This document shows positions 1 to 10,237 of a DNA stretch of 64,000 nt, one piece after another. Source of the DNA: an uncultured Acidobacteriaceae bacterium (GTDB lineage Bacteria > Acidobacteriota > Terriglobia > Terriglobales > Acidobacteriaceae); assembly GCA_963777685.1 (NCBI GenBank), contig CAVZRF010000031.1:11989-75988 (forward strand), read 5' to 3'. The position numbers and the translations under genes were made by a program. Below the pieces are notes generated by a model, which saw only the letters and a program-made list of their open reading frames with translations, ran no database searches and was not told the DNA's origin. Position 1 is the stretch's first letter, and every line of letters begins with the position of its first letter.

Positions 1-43
1 CGCATTCTCTTATTGCATTCTCTTGTTGAATGTCGAGGGGAAC

Positions 44-376
44 ATGCCGCCGCCATCTACCGATCTGCTCCAGGGAACTCTCGATCTGCTGATTTTGAAA
101 ACGCTGGCCCTCGAATCCATGCACGGCTGGGGTATCGCTCAGCGTATTGAACAAATCTCCGGGAATGCGCTCCAGATCGGCCAGGGCTCGCTCTATCCCG
201 CGCTCCACCGGCTCGAATACAAAGGCTGGATCGCGGCCGAGTGGGGTGCCTCCGAGAACAATCGCAAAGCCAAGTTCTATGGGCTGACCCGGACCGGCAA
301 AAAACAGCTCGAAGCCGAATTAGAGAACTGGGACCGTCTCACCACGGCAATCGCGCTGGTGCTCAGGCGCGTCTAG
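44..376 (+). CDS. PadR family transcriptional regulator (acidobacterial type)
   Basis: LLQGTLDLLILKTL...MHGWGIAQRI...GSLYPALHRLE...WGASENNRKAKFY winged-helix signature; ATG at 44; directly upstream of ADOP permeases. Confidence 0.95.
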   Translation: MPPPSTDLLQGTLDLLILKTLALESMHGWGIAQRIEQISGNALQIGQGSLYPALHRLEYKGWIAAEWGASENNRKAKFYGLTRTGKKQLEAELENWDRLTTAIALVLRRV

Positions 377-782
377 GAGGCTCCATGCTGCATGAATTCC
401 TGACTCGAATCCGTTTCTTCCTTCGCCGCAAACCCCGCTTCGAAGTCGACGAGGAACTGCGCTTCCACCTCGAACAACAAATCGAAGCCAACATCGCCGC
501 CGGCATGTCACCCGGCGAAGCACGGAGGCAAGCCGCCATCGCCTTCGGCAGCGTCGAGCGCTCCCGCGAAGAATGCCGGGAACAGAGGCCCAGCTATTGG
601 GCCGAGACATTTCTTCAGGATGTTCGCTACGCGCTGCGCGGCTTCCGCCGCAACCCGACGTTTACGCTCACCATCGTCCTCACCCTCATGCTGGGGATCG
701 GCGCAACCACCGCCGTCTTCAGCGTCGTCGATCGCATCCTCTTCCGCAGCCTGCCCTACGGCCACGCCGACCGTTTGGTCTC
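365..782 (+). repeat. Direct repeat copy A (~420 bp; padR tail + RBS + ADOP 5' end)
   Basis: Manual alignment with 3047..3467 shows about 8 substitutions and one 3-bp indel. Confidence 0.95.
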
Positions 783-3048
783 GCTTGGATTAGTGCACTC
801 GCTCGAGACGCAGGAGTTCATGCTCGGCAGTTTTTACTACGACTGGCGAAACAATCAAAACACCTTCGAGTCGATGACCTCGGAGGGAGCCGTCACCAGA
901 GAGTGTGATCTATCCGACAGTAATCCCGCGCAGCTCAGCTGCCCTCGGATCGAAAGCAACTTCCTGACTACGCTTGGAGTCGTGCCAATCCTCGGACGCA
1001 ATTTTCTACCCGAGGAAACCGGCCCTAACCGGCCAAAGGTCGCTCTTATTTCCTATGGATTGTGGTTAACCCACTACGGCCTTAAGCGCGACATTTTGAA
1101 CCAGACCATCGATATAGATGGAAATCCAACTCGAATAATAGGGGTCCTGCCCGAAAGCTTCGAGATGCCGCGGCTCCAGGCGGCGGATGTGTTGCTTCCG
1201 AACGACGCAGATGAAGCCACCGACCGCAAAGTGAATTCAGGCCTTGGCGGCCCGAAGCGGGTCTATGCCCGGCTCAAACCCGGCGTTAACGTTCAACAGG
1301 CCAACGCTGAGCTACAGCCGCTCTTCCAACAAACCCTGCAGTCTATCCCGACCGAGATTCGGAATGATATTCATCTCAGGGTTCGATCTCTCCGCGACCG
1401 GCAGATGCAGGATGTACGCCAGACGGCATGGATACTCTTCGGCGTAGCGCTCGCAGTGTTGTTGATTGCCTGCGCCAATGTGGCGAGTCTGTTAACGGCG
1501 CGCGGCGCAGCGAGAGCGAGGGAGTGGGCAGTGCGTTCCGCGCTCGGGGCAAACCGAGCCAGACTGGCCCGCCAATCATTGACCGAGGCGTTTTTGTTGG
1601 CGATCTGCGGAGCGCTAGCCGGTTTCGCTCTTGCTGAGGGCTTGTTGCGCCTCTTCGTCGCGATCGCTCCCGCCGGCATCCCTTTCATCGCAAAAGCTCA
1701 TCTCGACCTGCGCATCATGTGCTTCACCATCACCGCTTCCATCGTCTGCGGAGCACTCACGGGTCTCATGCCTGCGCTGCAAAGGCCGGCCGCGCAAATG
1801 CTGGCGGGCCGCTCGATCACTGTAGGAACCAAAACCCTCGCACGGCAGTGGCTAGTGATCGGGCAGATCGCAGCCAGCATGGTTCTGCTTGCCGGGGCAA
1901 CGCTTCTGCTGCGCAGCTTCTTGAATCTTCAGCACCAGCCGCTCGGCATGCGCGATGACAATACTCTCACCGTCAGCATCACTCTCGGCGAACACAATTA
2001 CCCGACAGCCGAGCAAATGATGACATTCTTCCAACAGCTCAAGACCAGGCTTCAGTACGGACCGGGAGTTTCCCTCGTAGCTGTAGCCGACTCACTGCCG
2101 CCGGCTGCAAACGCGAATGGCCGCAGGTATGAGTCGATCGCTATCCCGGGTGGGCCCACTTCGAACAAGGGGAGCGCCGGTCTCGTAACATTCCGTTGGG
2201 TATCGCCAGATTACTTCAACGCCCTGGATATTCCGATCCTGCAAGGCCCGGGGTTCAGCGAAGAGCAACTCACGTCGAGCGATCATTTCGTGATGTTGAG
2301 CAAGGACCTTGGTACGCGGCTATTTCCGAACGGAAGCGCCCTCGGCGAACGTCTCCAGTTGGACAAACAAGATCCTCGCGCTCCCCTATACAACGTCGTT
2401 GGAGTCGCGGCCAACGTGAAAAACAGTGGCTTGGCTGGGGAAGATGAGCCTGAATACTACCTGCTCCGGCGCAATCGATCCGAGGATTGGGACCGCAATG
2501 GCGTCTGGGGTAGGACCTCGGTGATCGTCGTAAAAACGACACTAACACCCGATGTGATGACTCCCTGGATACGCTCACAGGTCGCGGCTCTCGATCCCGC
2601 TCTTCCGGTCGACATCGCCACGCTTCACCAAAGGGTGAGCAAGCTCGCGGATGCTCCTCGCTTTCGAGCCGTTCTCGTCACTTGCTTCGCAGCGACGGGA
2701 CTTCTCCTCGCGACAATCGGCCTCTACGGAATCATCTCGTTCCTCGTCGGGCAGCGCAGTCAGGAGATCGGAATACGGATGGCGCTAGGCGCAACCCGCG
2801 CGGACATCCTTCGGCTTGTGATGACGAGCGGTCTTCGTCTGATTCTTGCCGGAACATTCGTTGGTCTGATCGCCGCGCTCGCTCTATCTCGATTCCTGTC
2901 AAGCCTCTTGTTCAGCGTCGGCGCACACGACCCATTCGCCTTCGCTATCGTCACCGTTCTGCTGGTGTTCGTCGCCCTGGTAGCGACGCTGATTCCGGCT
3001 GCATCCGCGGTCCGAGTCGATCCCACTGTTTCTCTGCGCTGCGAATAG
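385..3048 (+). CDS. ADOP-type (acidobacterial duplicated orphan) MacB/FtsX-like ABC permease, copy 1
   Basis: AGGAGG RBS before ATG 385; DEELRFHLE prefix domain, LGIGATTAVFSVV, LLIACANVASLL, EIGIRMALGA motifs; two MacB-periplasmic + FtsX halves. Confidence 0.95.
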   Translation: MLHEFLTRIRFFLRRKPRFEVDEELRFHLEQQIEANIAAGMSPGEARRQAAIAFGSVERSREECREQRPSYWAETFLQDVRYALRGFRRNPTFTLTIVLTLMLGIGATTAVFSVVDRILFRSLPYGHADRLVSLGLVHSLETQEFMLGSFYYDWRNNQNTFESMTSEGAVTRECDLSDSNPAQLSCPRIESNFLTTLGVVPILGRNFLPEETGPNRPKVALISYGLWLTHYGLKRDILNQTIDIDGNPTRIIGVLPESFEMPRLQAADVLLPNDADEATDRKVNSGLGGPKRVYARLKPGVNVQQANAELQPLFQQTLQSIPTEIRNDIHLRVRSLRDRQMQDVRQTAWILFGVALAVLLIACANVASLLTARGAARAREWAVRSALGANRARLARQSLTEAFLLAICGALAGFALAEGLLRLFVAIAPAGIPFIAKAHLDLRIMCFTITASIVCGALTGLMPALQRPAAQMLAGRSITVGTKTLARQWLVIGQIAASMVLLAGATLLLRSFLNLQHQPLGMRDDNTLTVSITLGEHNYPTAEQMMTFFQQLKTRLQYGPGVSLVAVADSLPPAANANGRRYESIAIPGGPTSNKGSAGLVTFRWVSPDYFNALDIPILQGPGFSEEQLTSSDHFVMLSKDLGTRLFPNGSALGERLQLDKQDPRAPLYNVVGVAANVKNSGLAGEDEPEYYLLRRNRSEDWDRNGVWGRTSVIVVKTTLTPDVMTPWIRSQVAALDPALPVDIATLHQRVSKLADAPRFRAVLVTCFAATGLLLATIGLYGIISFLVGQRSQEIGIRMALGATRADILRLVMTSGLRLILAGTFVGLIAALALSRFLSSLLFSVGAHDPFAFAIVTVLLVFVALVATLIPAASAVRVDPTVSLRCE

Positions 3049-3467
3049 GCGCGTCTAGGAGGCTGCATGCTGCGGGATGAATTCCTGACTCGAATCCGTT
3101 TCTTTCTTCGCCGCAAACCCCGCTTCGAAGTCGACGAGGAACTGCGCTTCCACCTCGAACAACAAATCGAAGCCAACATCGCCGCCGGCATGGCGCCCGG
3201 CGAAGCACGGAGGCAAGCCGCCATCGCTTTCGGCAGCGTCGAGCGCTCCCGCGAAGAATGCCGGGAACAGCGGCCCAGCTATTGGGCCGAGACATTTCTT
3301 CAGGATGTTCGCTACGCGCTGCGCGGCTTCCGCCGCAACCCGACGTTTACGCTCACCATCGTCCTCACCCTCATGCTGGGGATCGGCGCAACCACGGCCG
3401 TCTTCAGCGTCGTCGATCGCATCCTCTTCCGCAGCCTGCCCTACGGCCACGCCGACCGTTTGGTCTC
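3047..3467 (+). repeat. Direct repeat copy B of 365..782
   Basis: Starts with AGGCGCGTCTAGGAGGCT, identical to the padR end/RBS at 365..382. Confidence 0.95.
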
Positions 3468-5718
3468 CGTCGGACTCACTGCTCCAATCATCCCCGGCGA
3501 ATTCATGCTGGGCGGTTCCTACTATGAGTGGCAGGATCACCAGAGGCCCTTCGAAGCATTGACCTCCGAGACCGGAGTGAATCCCTGCGACCTGACCGAA
3601 GAGAAGCCCGCGCGCCTTAACTGCGCAAGCGTCCAGGCGAGCTTTCTTCCTACCCTCGGCCTGAGCCCGGCGCTTGGCCGCAACTTCACGCCGGAAGAAG
3701 ACCGTCCCAACGCGCCCAGGGTTGCGCTGATCTCCTATCCACTCTGGCAAACCCATTTCGGCGGCGATCCGGGCATCCTGAACCGGCTCGTGAACCTCGA
3801 CGGCAAACCAGCCCGCGTCGTCGGAGTGTTGCCAAAAGAGTTCGAGATGCCGACTCTTGAGCCAGCCGATGTTGTCGTCCCTCAGGCGTTGAACGAGGCC
3901 GAACAGCGCACCGGCAATCACGACCGCGTGATGTATGCCTTTGCCCGTTTGAAGCCGGGAATGAGCATTGAGCAGGCAAAGGAAGAGTTGCGTCCGGTCT
4001 TTGACTACTCGCTCCGGCTCGCGCCTGCACAGTTCCGCAGCGAGGTTCATTTACAAGTGCGCTCGTTGCGCGATCGCCAGATGCATGACGTTCGCCTTGC
4101 GGCATGGGTGCTCTTCGGCGTCGTCATGGCGGTCCTCCTGATCGCCTGCGCTAACGTCACCAGCCTGCTGATGGCTCGCGGAGCGGCTCGCGAACGAGAG
4201 CTCGCCGTTCGTTCAGCGCTCGGCGCAGACCGCGCCCGCCTTGTCCGCCAGGCGCTTACCGAGTCCCTGGTACTGTCGTTCGCCGGCGGCTTGGCCGGTT
4301 GCCTCTTCGCCGCGGCGTTATTGCGGGTCTTCCTCGCCGTCGCTCCCAAAGGAATTCAACTCCTGAGCGCCACGCCTTTCCAGAAAACAACTCTCGACGC
4401 GCGCATCATCCTCTTCACTCTTCTCACTTCCCTTATCTGCGGAGCCATCTCCGGCCTCGCACCCGCGCTGCGCAGACCGCGCGCCGAGGCGCTCGCCGGC
4501 CGCACCACCACCAACTCCCACGCCGCGTTGCGGCAAGCCCTGGTCATCGTGCAAATCGCCGCAAGCATGGTTCTGCTCGCCGCAGGAGCGCTCTTATTCC
4601 GGAGCTTTCTCAATCTCCAGAATCAACGCCTCGGCATACACACCGAGAGCATCGTCACCGCAAACATTTCGCTCGGGCAGAATGCATACCCGACCGCCGA
4701 GCGCCAGATGACCTTCTTTCAACAGCTACAGAAGGGCCTGCAATACGGGCCCGGCGTGACTGCGCTCGCCATCAGCGATTCGCTCCCGCCCGGCGGCGAC
4801 CATCGCGACGAAATCTATGCGGGGATCGCCGTGTACGGTCAGCCTGCGCCTCCCGGCGGAACCGGCGGCATGGTCGCCTGGCGATCGGTCACGCCGGACT
4901 ACTTCAAAGTTCTAGGCATCCCGATCCTGCAAGGACGAGGCTTCACCGTCGACGAACTTAGTTCCAGCGAACGTTTCGTGGTGTTGAGCAAGTCCCTGGC
5001 CGCACGCTTGTTTCCTGGTCAGAATCCAATCGGCCAGCGCTTAGGTTTCGCGGTCAGAGGAACTGACAATCCCCCATACACCATCGCCGGAGTCGCGGAC
5101 GACGTGAAGAACGGCGGCCTAACGGGCGCGGATGAGCCCGAATACTACAGGCTACGGCGCGATGCGGTCGAGGATTGGAATGGCCAATCGGTCTTCATCA
5201 TCAAGACAAGTCTGCCAGCCGACATCATGGAAAAATGGGTCCGTGCACAAGTCGCGGCCATCGATCCAACCGTTCCCGTCGAGATCGAAACTCTATCGGA
5301 AAGAGTCGACAAAATGGCCGGCGAGCCGCGATTTGAAATGCTGCTGGTCAACTGCTTCGCCTCGACCGGACTTCTGCTCGCCGTGATCGGCCTCTACGGA
5401 GTGATTTCATTCCTCGTCGGCCAGCGCACCCAGGAGATAGGCGTGCGGATGGCGTTAGGGGCGACCCGGGCAGACATTCTCCAGCTCGTGGTGAGAAGTG
5501 GACTGCGATTGATTCTCGTCGGCGCATGTGTCGGGCTGATCGCCGCGCTGACGCTCTCGCATTTTCTGTCCAGCCTCTTGTTCAGCATCGGCCCCCACGA
5601 CCCGTTCGCATTCGCCTTTGTCACGCTTCTTCTGATCTTCGTCGCGCTGGCGGCAACGCTGATTCCAGCTGCGTCCGCAGTCAGGGTCGATCCAACAGTA
5701 GCGTTGCGCTGCGAATGA
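3067..5718 (+). CDS. ADOP-type ABC permease, copy 2
   Basis: Same motif set as copy 1; N-terminal ~130 aa nearly identical, remainder diverged. Confidence 0.95.
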   Translation: MLRDEFLTRIRFFLRRKPRFEVDEELRFHLEQQIEANIAAGMAPGEARRQAAIAFGSVERSREECREQRPSYWAETFLQDVRYALRGFRRNPTFTLTIVLTLMLGIGATTAVFSVVDRILFRSLPYGHADRLVSVGLTAPIIPGEFMLGGSYYEWQDHQRPFEALTSETGVNPCDLTEEKPARLNCASVQASFLPTLGLSPALGRNFTPEEDRPNAPRVALISYPLWQTHFGGDPGILNRLVNLDGKPARVVGVLPKEFEMPTLEPADVVVPQALNEAEQRTGNHDRVMYAFARLKPGMSIEQAKEELRPVFDYSLRLAPAQFRSEVHLQVRSLRDRQMHDVRLAAWVLFGVVMAVLLIACANVTSLLMARGAARERELAVRSALGADRARLVRQALTESLVLSFAGGLAGCLFAAALLRVFLAVAPKGIQLLSATPFQKTTLDARIILFTLLTSLICGAISGLAPALRRPRAEALAGRTTTNSHAALRQALVIVQIAASMVLLAAGALLFRSFLNLQNQRLGIHTESIVTANISLGQNAYPTAERQMTFFQQLQKGLQYGPGVTALAISDSLPPGGDHRDEIYAGIAVYGQPAPPGGTGGMVAWRSVTPDYFKVLGIPILQGRGFTVDELSSSERFVVLSKSLAARLFPGQNPIGQRLGFAVRGTDNPPYTIAGVADDVKNGGLTGADEPEYYRLRRDAVEDWNGQSVFIIKTSLPADIMEKWVRAQVAAIDPTVPVEIETLSERVDKMAGEPRFEMLLVNCFASTGLLLAVIGLYGVISFLVGQRTQEIGVRMALGATRADILQLVVRSGLRLILVGACVGLIAALTLSHFLSSLLFSIGPHDPFAFAFVTLLLIFVALAATLIPAASAVRVDPTVALRCE

Positions 5719-5746
5719 CACCAAAACGCGATTCGAGAAAGGCGTC

Positions 5747-5814
5747 GGTGAATCCCACCCTTCGCGGTCTCATCGCGAAGAGCCCGCCTGCTTGCCGAAG
5801 GGGTGGGATTCACC
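5747..5814. repeat. REP-like palindrome between convergent ADOP2 and tlyA
   Basis: GGTGAATCCCACCCTTCG ... CGAAGGGGTGGGATTCACC inverted arms plus inner CTTCGCG/CGCGAAG hairpin. Confidence 0.75.
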
Positions 5815-6541
5815 AACGCACATGCAGCAAGAACTCTTTATTCCCCTCCGCACCAAGAATCGGCGAATCGATCACCTCAATCTCACGTCCGCCCAGCCCA
5901 ACAACACACTCTCGCACGCGATCAATCGCAACCTGATGGCCCAAAGGATCGCGAACAATCCCACCTTTGCCGACAAATTCCCGCCCCGCATCGAACTGCG
6001 GCTTGACCAGAATCACCGCCTCCTTCAGCGAATCGCCAGCAGCCACGAAAACCGGAGGCAGCACCAGCGTCGCCGAGATAAACGAAACATCCATCGCGAG
6101 AAACGATATCCCCTCCGGCAAATCTCCCGGCTTCAGCAGCCGAGCATTGGTGCGCTCCATCAATGACACGCGAGCGTCCGATCGCAGACTCTGCGCAATC
6201 TGCCCATAGCCGGTATCGATCGCCAGCACCCGCGCCGCTCCATGCTGCAACATGCAATCGGTGAAGCCGCCCGTCGACGCACCGACATCGACGCAGAATC
6301 GTCCGGCAACATCGATCCCCCAATGCTTCAGCGCAGCCTCAAGCTTGAGGCCACCTCGCCCGACATAGCGAGGATCATCGCCCAACAAGCGAAAGACCGC
6401 ATCTTCCGCAATCGCTGTCCCCGGCTTATCGACCTTTTGCTCATTCACCAGCACGCGCCCGGCAACCACCATCGCCTGCGCGCGCTCCCGCGTCGGCGCG
6501 AATCCCCGCTCTACAAGCAACTTGTCCAGCCGCGTTTTCAT
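5810..6541 (-). CDS. tlyA: TlyA family rRNA 2'-O-methyltransferase (S4 + FtsJ)
   Basis: KTRLDKLLVERG, YVGRGGLKL, DVGASTGGFTD, DVSFIS, LVKPQF, GNKEFL. Confidence 0.93.
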   Translation of the reverse strand: MKTRLDKLLVERGFAPTRERAQAMVVAGRVLVNEQKVDKPGTAIAEDAVFRLLGDDPRYVGRGGLKLEAALKHWGIDVAGRFCVDVGASTGGFTDCMLQHGAARVLAIDTGYGQIAQSLRSDARVSLMERTNARLLKPGDLPEGISFLAMDVSFISATLVLPPVFVAAGDSLKEAVILVKPQFDAGREFVGKGGIVRDPLGHQVAIDRVRECVVGLGGREIEVIDSPILGAEGNKEFLLHVRW

Positions 6542-6651
6542 CTCGTAAGTACCGACCTTGATCCACGCTGCCACAAGCAGCCGCGAATATGCTTAAATTA
6601 CATGGGTTCGCCAAGTGTCGCGAGTTGTCTCAATTCGACGCTGACCTCTAA

Positions 6652-7302
6652 ATGCCTGAAGAATCTCAAAATCCGCTAGCCTCCCCAGAGCGTTCCTACA
6701 ACAGCGAACCTTCTAGGGCAAGTCTCCAGGCCGCCAAGGCAGCCGAAGACGCGGCGATTCTAGGGAGGGTCGAACAAGGCGATCAGGCGGCGATGGGCCT
6801 CCTCTTCGATCGCTATTCTGGCATTGTGTATTCGGTCGCGTTGCGTGTGCTCAAAGATACCGGTCAGGCCGAAGATGTCATGCAGGACATCTTCATCCAG
6901 ATTTGGAAGAAGCCCAGCGCGTTTGTTTCTGGTCGTGGTTCGCTCGGCGCATGGTTAGTTGTTGTAGCGCGAAACCGGGCAATTGATTCGTTGCGGCGTC
7001 GCCGGCCTTCGGAATCGGTCGAGGATGTGGTGCTTGTCTCCTCCACCGATCTCGCCGCCGAGGCTGAGCGCAATACGATGATGGAGAAGGTGCGGGCTTA
7101 TATGGGCCAGCTCCCGCCTGAGCAGCGGAAGTCGGTCGAGTTGGCCTATTTTGAGGGGCTGAGTCACTCAGAGATCTCCGAGAAAACCGGAGACCCGCTG
7201 GGCACAGTGAAGACACGCATTCGTTTGGCGCTAATTTCGTTACGCAAGGCAATGCAATCCAACGGAGCGCCAAGTTCGTCAGTAAGAGGAGAAGCAGTCT
7301 AA
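6652..7302 (+). CDS. ECF sigma-70 factor (SigK-like)
   Basis: Region 2 (AEDVMQDIFIQIW, ARNRAID) and region 4 (LAYFEGLSHSEI...PLGTVKTRIR); exact start uncertain. Confidence 0.92.
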   Translation: MPEESQNPLASPERSYNSEPSRASLQAAKAAEDAAILGRVEQGDQAAMGLLFDRYSGIVYSVALRVLKDTGQAEDVMQDIFIQIWKKPSAFVSGRGSLGAWLVVVARNRAIDSLRRRRPSESVEDVVLVSSTDLAAEAERNTMMEKVRAYMGQLPPEQRKSVELAYFEGLSHSEISEKTGDPLGTVKTRIRLALISLRKAMQSNGAPSSSVRGEAV

Positions 7303-7304
7303 TC

Positions 7305-8183
7305 ATGAACGCGCACCACATTTCCGACGAGGACCTGGTCCTCTACTCCATGCAGTCGCTCTCGGCCGGAGAAACCTCGGCCGCCGCGCTGCATCTGGAG
7401 CAATGTGCGGAGTGTGCCCGCCAACTCGCCGAAGTTTACGGTGATTTGGCGCTGCTTGCGCTCAGCGTCGAGCAGCTGCCCGTGCCTGTAGATGCGCGAG
7501 ATCGCTTCATGAGCCGCATCGCTACCGAACCCCAGATCTCCGCCGAACCTAAGCTCGCTGCGGTCCCACACCCGGTTACGCCCATCGCAGCTCCAGTCAT
7601 AGCAGCTCCGCCAAAGGCTGCGCCCGAGCCGGCTCGCGTCATCCACGAGGTCAAGCCGCGCCGCAACTGGTTCCCCATTCTCGTTCCCTGGGCCGCTGCC
7701 TTTGCGCTGCTGGCTCTCGCCGGCTATCTCGGCAGCCAGAACCAGCGCCTCAACCAACTGCTCAACGGAGACAAGGGCCAGATCGCTCAGCTCTCCGCCG
7801 ACGCCGCCCACGCGCAGGAAGTCCTCGACACCCTCACGTCGCCCGCGGCGAAGCAGGTCACGCTCACCGAAGGCAAGGGCGCACCAGCGCCTACCGGACG
7901 CACCAGCTATCTCGCCGACAAAGGCGCGTTGGTCTTCGTCGGCAATAACCTGAAGCCGATCCCGGAAGGCAAGACCTACGAACTCTGGGTGATCCCCGCC
8001 GACGGCAAAGCTCCGATTCCCGCCGGGCTCTTCCGCCCCGACGATCATGGCTCAGCCAGCGTCGTGCTGCCCAAGCTGCCTGAAGGCGTGCCCGCCAAGG
8101 CATTCGGTGTCACCATCGAAAACGCCGAAGGCTCGGCGACGCCAACCTCGCCCATCGTCCTCTCCGGCGCCGCAGGGCTGTAG
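7305..8183 (+). CDS. Anti-sigma factor, RskA-like with N-terminal zf-HC2 motif
   Basis: HLEQCAEC motif, one TM helix, C-terminal YELWVI...AFGVTIE..GS.TPT; follows ECF sigma. Confidence 0.9.
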   Translation: MNAHHISDEDLVLYSMQSLSAGETSAAALHLEQCAECARQLAEVYGDLALLALSVEQLPVPVDARDRFMSRIATEPQISAEPKLAAVPHPVTPIAAPVIAAPPKAAPEPARVIHEVKPRRNWFPILVPWAAAFALLALAGYLGSQNQRLNQLLNGDKGQIAQLSADAAHAQEVLDTLTSPAAKQVTLTEGKGAPAPTGRTSYLADKGALVFVGNNLKPIPEGKTYELWVIPADGKAPIPAGLFRPDDHGSASVVLPKLPEGVPAKAFGVTIENAEGSATPTSPIVLSGAAGL

Positions 8184-8340
8184 CAAACACCAGAGATTCG
8201 GGAGCCCATTCCAGCCTTCTTTGGCTTGAATGCAATGAAGCGGTCGTTCTAGTCGCACGCCCTTCCATCGCCGCTGGAGTTTTCTCGACCCACGCGATAT
8301 GCTCATCGGCAACTCTCATCCGCAAACCTTGGAGAAGCTG

Positions 8341-10129
8341 ATGATCCTACCCCGCCTCACCCGCCGCCGATTCTTGTCCGCCGGCGCTTGCACTGCTCTC
8401 GCCACCACGAGTCGCCCCATCTTCGCGCAGCAAACCGCGGCAACACCGCACCCCGCGCCGACGCCATCTACTCCGGCAACGACACCCGTCGAGCGGCAAC
8501 TCGATGCCTACATCGCCACCTACATGCTGGCGATGAACGCCCCCGGAATGACGCTCGGCCTCACCGACTCCACCAAAACCTGCGCACCGTCGGCTACGGC
8601 CTCGCGAACATCGACGCCAAACTTCCGGTCACCCCCGATCATCTCTTCCAGATCGGCTCGATCACCAAGTCCTTCGTGGCCCTGGTGCTGATGCAACTCC
8701 GCGATGAGGGCAAGCTCGACGTGCACAAGCCAGTCTTGGATTACCTTCCCTGGCTGCCGATCGCGGAACCATTCGGACCAATAACCGTCCATCATCTACT
8801 CACCCACACCTCCGGGCTTCCCGACGCCTCCGATCTCTTCCTCACCGCGCCCGAGGCCCGGCACATCCAGGGCTTCACACCCGGCGAGCACTTTCATTAC
8901 TGCAACCTGGGCTTCGTCATCCTCGGCCAGCTCGCGTCAAAACTCGATAACCGCCCCTGGTACGAATGCGTCAAAGCCCGCATCTTCACACCGCTCGCGA
9001 TGAACGACACCCAGGGCGTGATCGCCACGCCCTCTCGCCCTCGCGCAGCGATTGGATATTCGCCTTTCTGGGATGACCAGGTCTACGCGCGCCAGGGTCA
9101 GCTCGCCGTCGCCGACTACCTCGTGATGGACGATACCGCCGGCTGCATCGAATCGACACCCGCCGACATGGCCAAGTATCTTCGCATGATGCTGAATCAC
9201 GGCAAGACACCCTCAGGAAGCGCCGTTCCTCGCATCGTCCCGCCCATCGTCTCTGAGGAAGGCTTCACGCTTTTTTCGACGCCGTATATTAAGGCCGAGG
9301 ATTTCAGCCCCACCGCCTCCTACGGCTATGGCATCGCGGTCGATACGCTCGACGGACACAAGATCCTGCGCCACACCGGCGGCATGATCGCCTTTGCCTC
9401 CTCCATCCACGTCGACCTCGACGGCGGAGTTGCCGCGTTTGCCAGCATCAATGCCATGCAGGGCTATCGCCCGACGGCAGTCACGCAATACGCAGTGCGT
9501 CTCTTACGCGCCCAAGGCGAAGCCAAGCCGCTACCTCAAGCCGAGCCTCTGCAAGATCCGGAACTGATCAAGAACGCCGCCGACTATGCGGGCGCCTACA
9601 AGGCCGAGGATGGAAGCCAGCTTGTCTTTCAAACGGAAGGAGGGCGACTATCGCTGCTGGTCGAAGGCAAATCCGTCCCCCTCCAGAACGAGGGAGACAG
9701 CTTCATCTCGACCATCCCCGGAGTCTTCGCGGATTACGACATCATATTTAAGCGAGACGAGACAGCCGCCAAGCCAGCCGGCAAAGATCCCGCCCCTCCA
9801 GGAAAAGTCATCCAGGTCAGCTACGGATCGACATGGTACGCAGGCAAAGAGTATTCCGGCCCGCGCTCATTTCCCGTGCCGGACGACTACCGGCCGTTCG
9901 TCGGCCGTTATCGCGCCCAGTCGATTTGGGGTGGAGACGTCCGCGTCTTTGTGTTGCAGGGAAAGTTAGTTCTTCCGACGCCACACTCACCCCCATCGGC
10001 GGAAACCTCTTTCGCATCGGCGATGAATCCTGGAATCCGGATACGGTGGAGTTCCTCTCCATCGCCGGCGGCAAGGCTCGCTTGATGAAAATGGTTGGAA
10101 TGGACTTCTGGAGAATCGAGCTCCCGTAG
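8341..10129 (+). CDS. Serine hydrolase / beta-lactamase family protein with Tat signal (frameshifted near 8578 and 9970)
   Basis: RRRFL Tat motif; FQIGSITKS (SxxK), FHYCN (YxN), LLTHTSG, HTGG; stitched from ORFs 8299, 8388, 9833. Confidence 0.85.
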
Positions 10130-10165
10130 CTCGGGAACACAGCAGCCGCCGTAGGGCAATGAGCG

Positions 10166-10205
10166 ACGCCCCGCTTAAGTCCTAATTGGAGCTTAAGCGG
10201 GGCGT
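10166..10205. terminator. 14-bp hairpin between convergent genes (terminator or REP-like)
   Basis: ACGCCCCGCTTAAG / CTTAAGCGGGGCGT perfect arms. Confidence 0.65.
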
Positions 10206-10237
10206 AGAATTCACGCGGGGACGACCCCGCCCGATGG

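Noticed and set aside
241-384. 48-aa N-terminal extension of ADOP copy 1 in the ORF track
   Set aside because: Overlaps padR in another frame; the AGGAGG RBS and the paralogue place the start at 385
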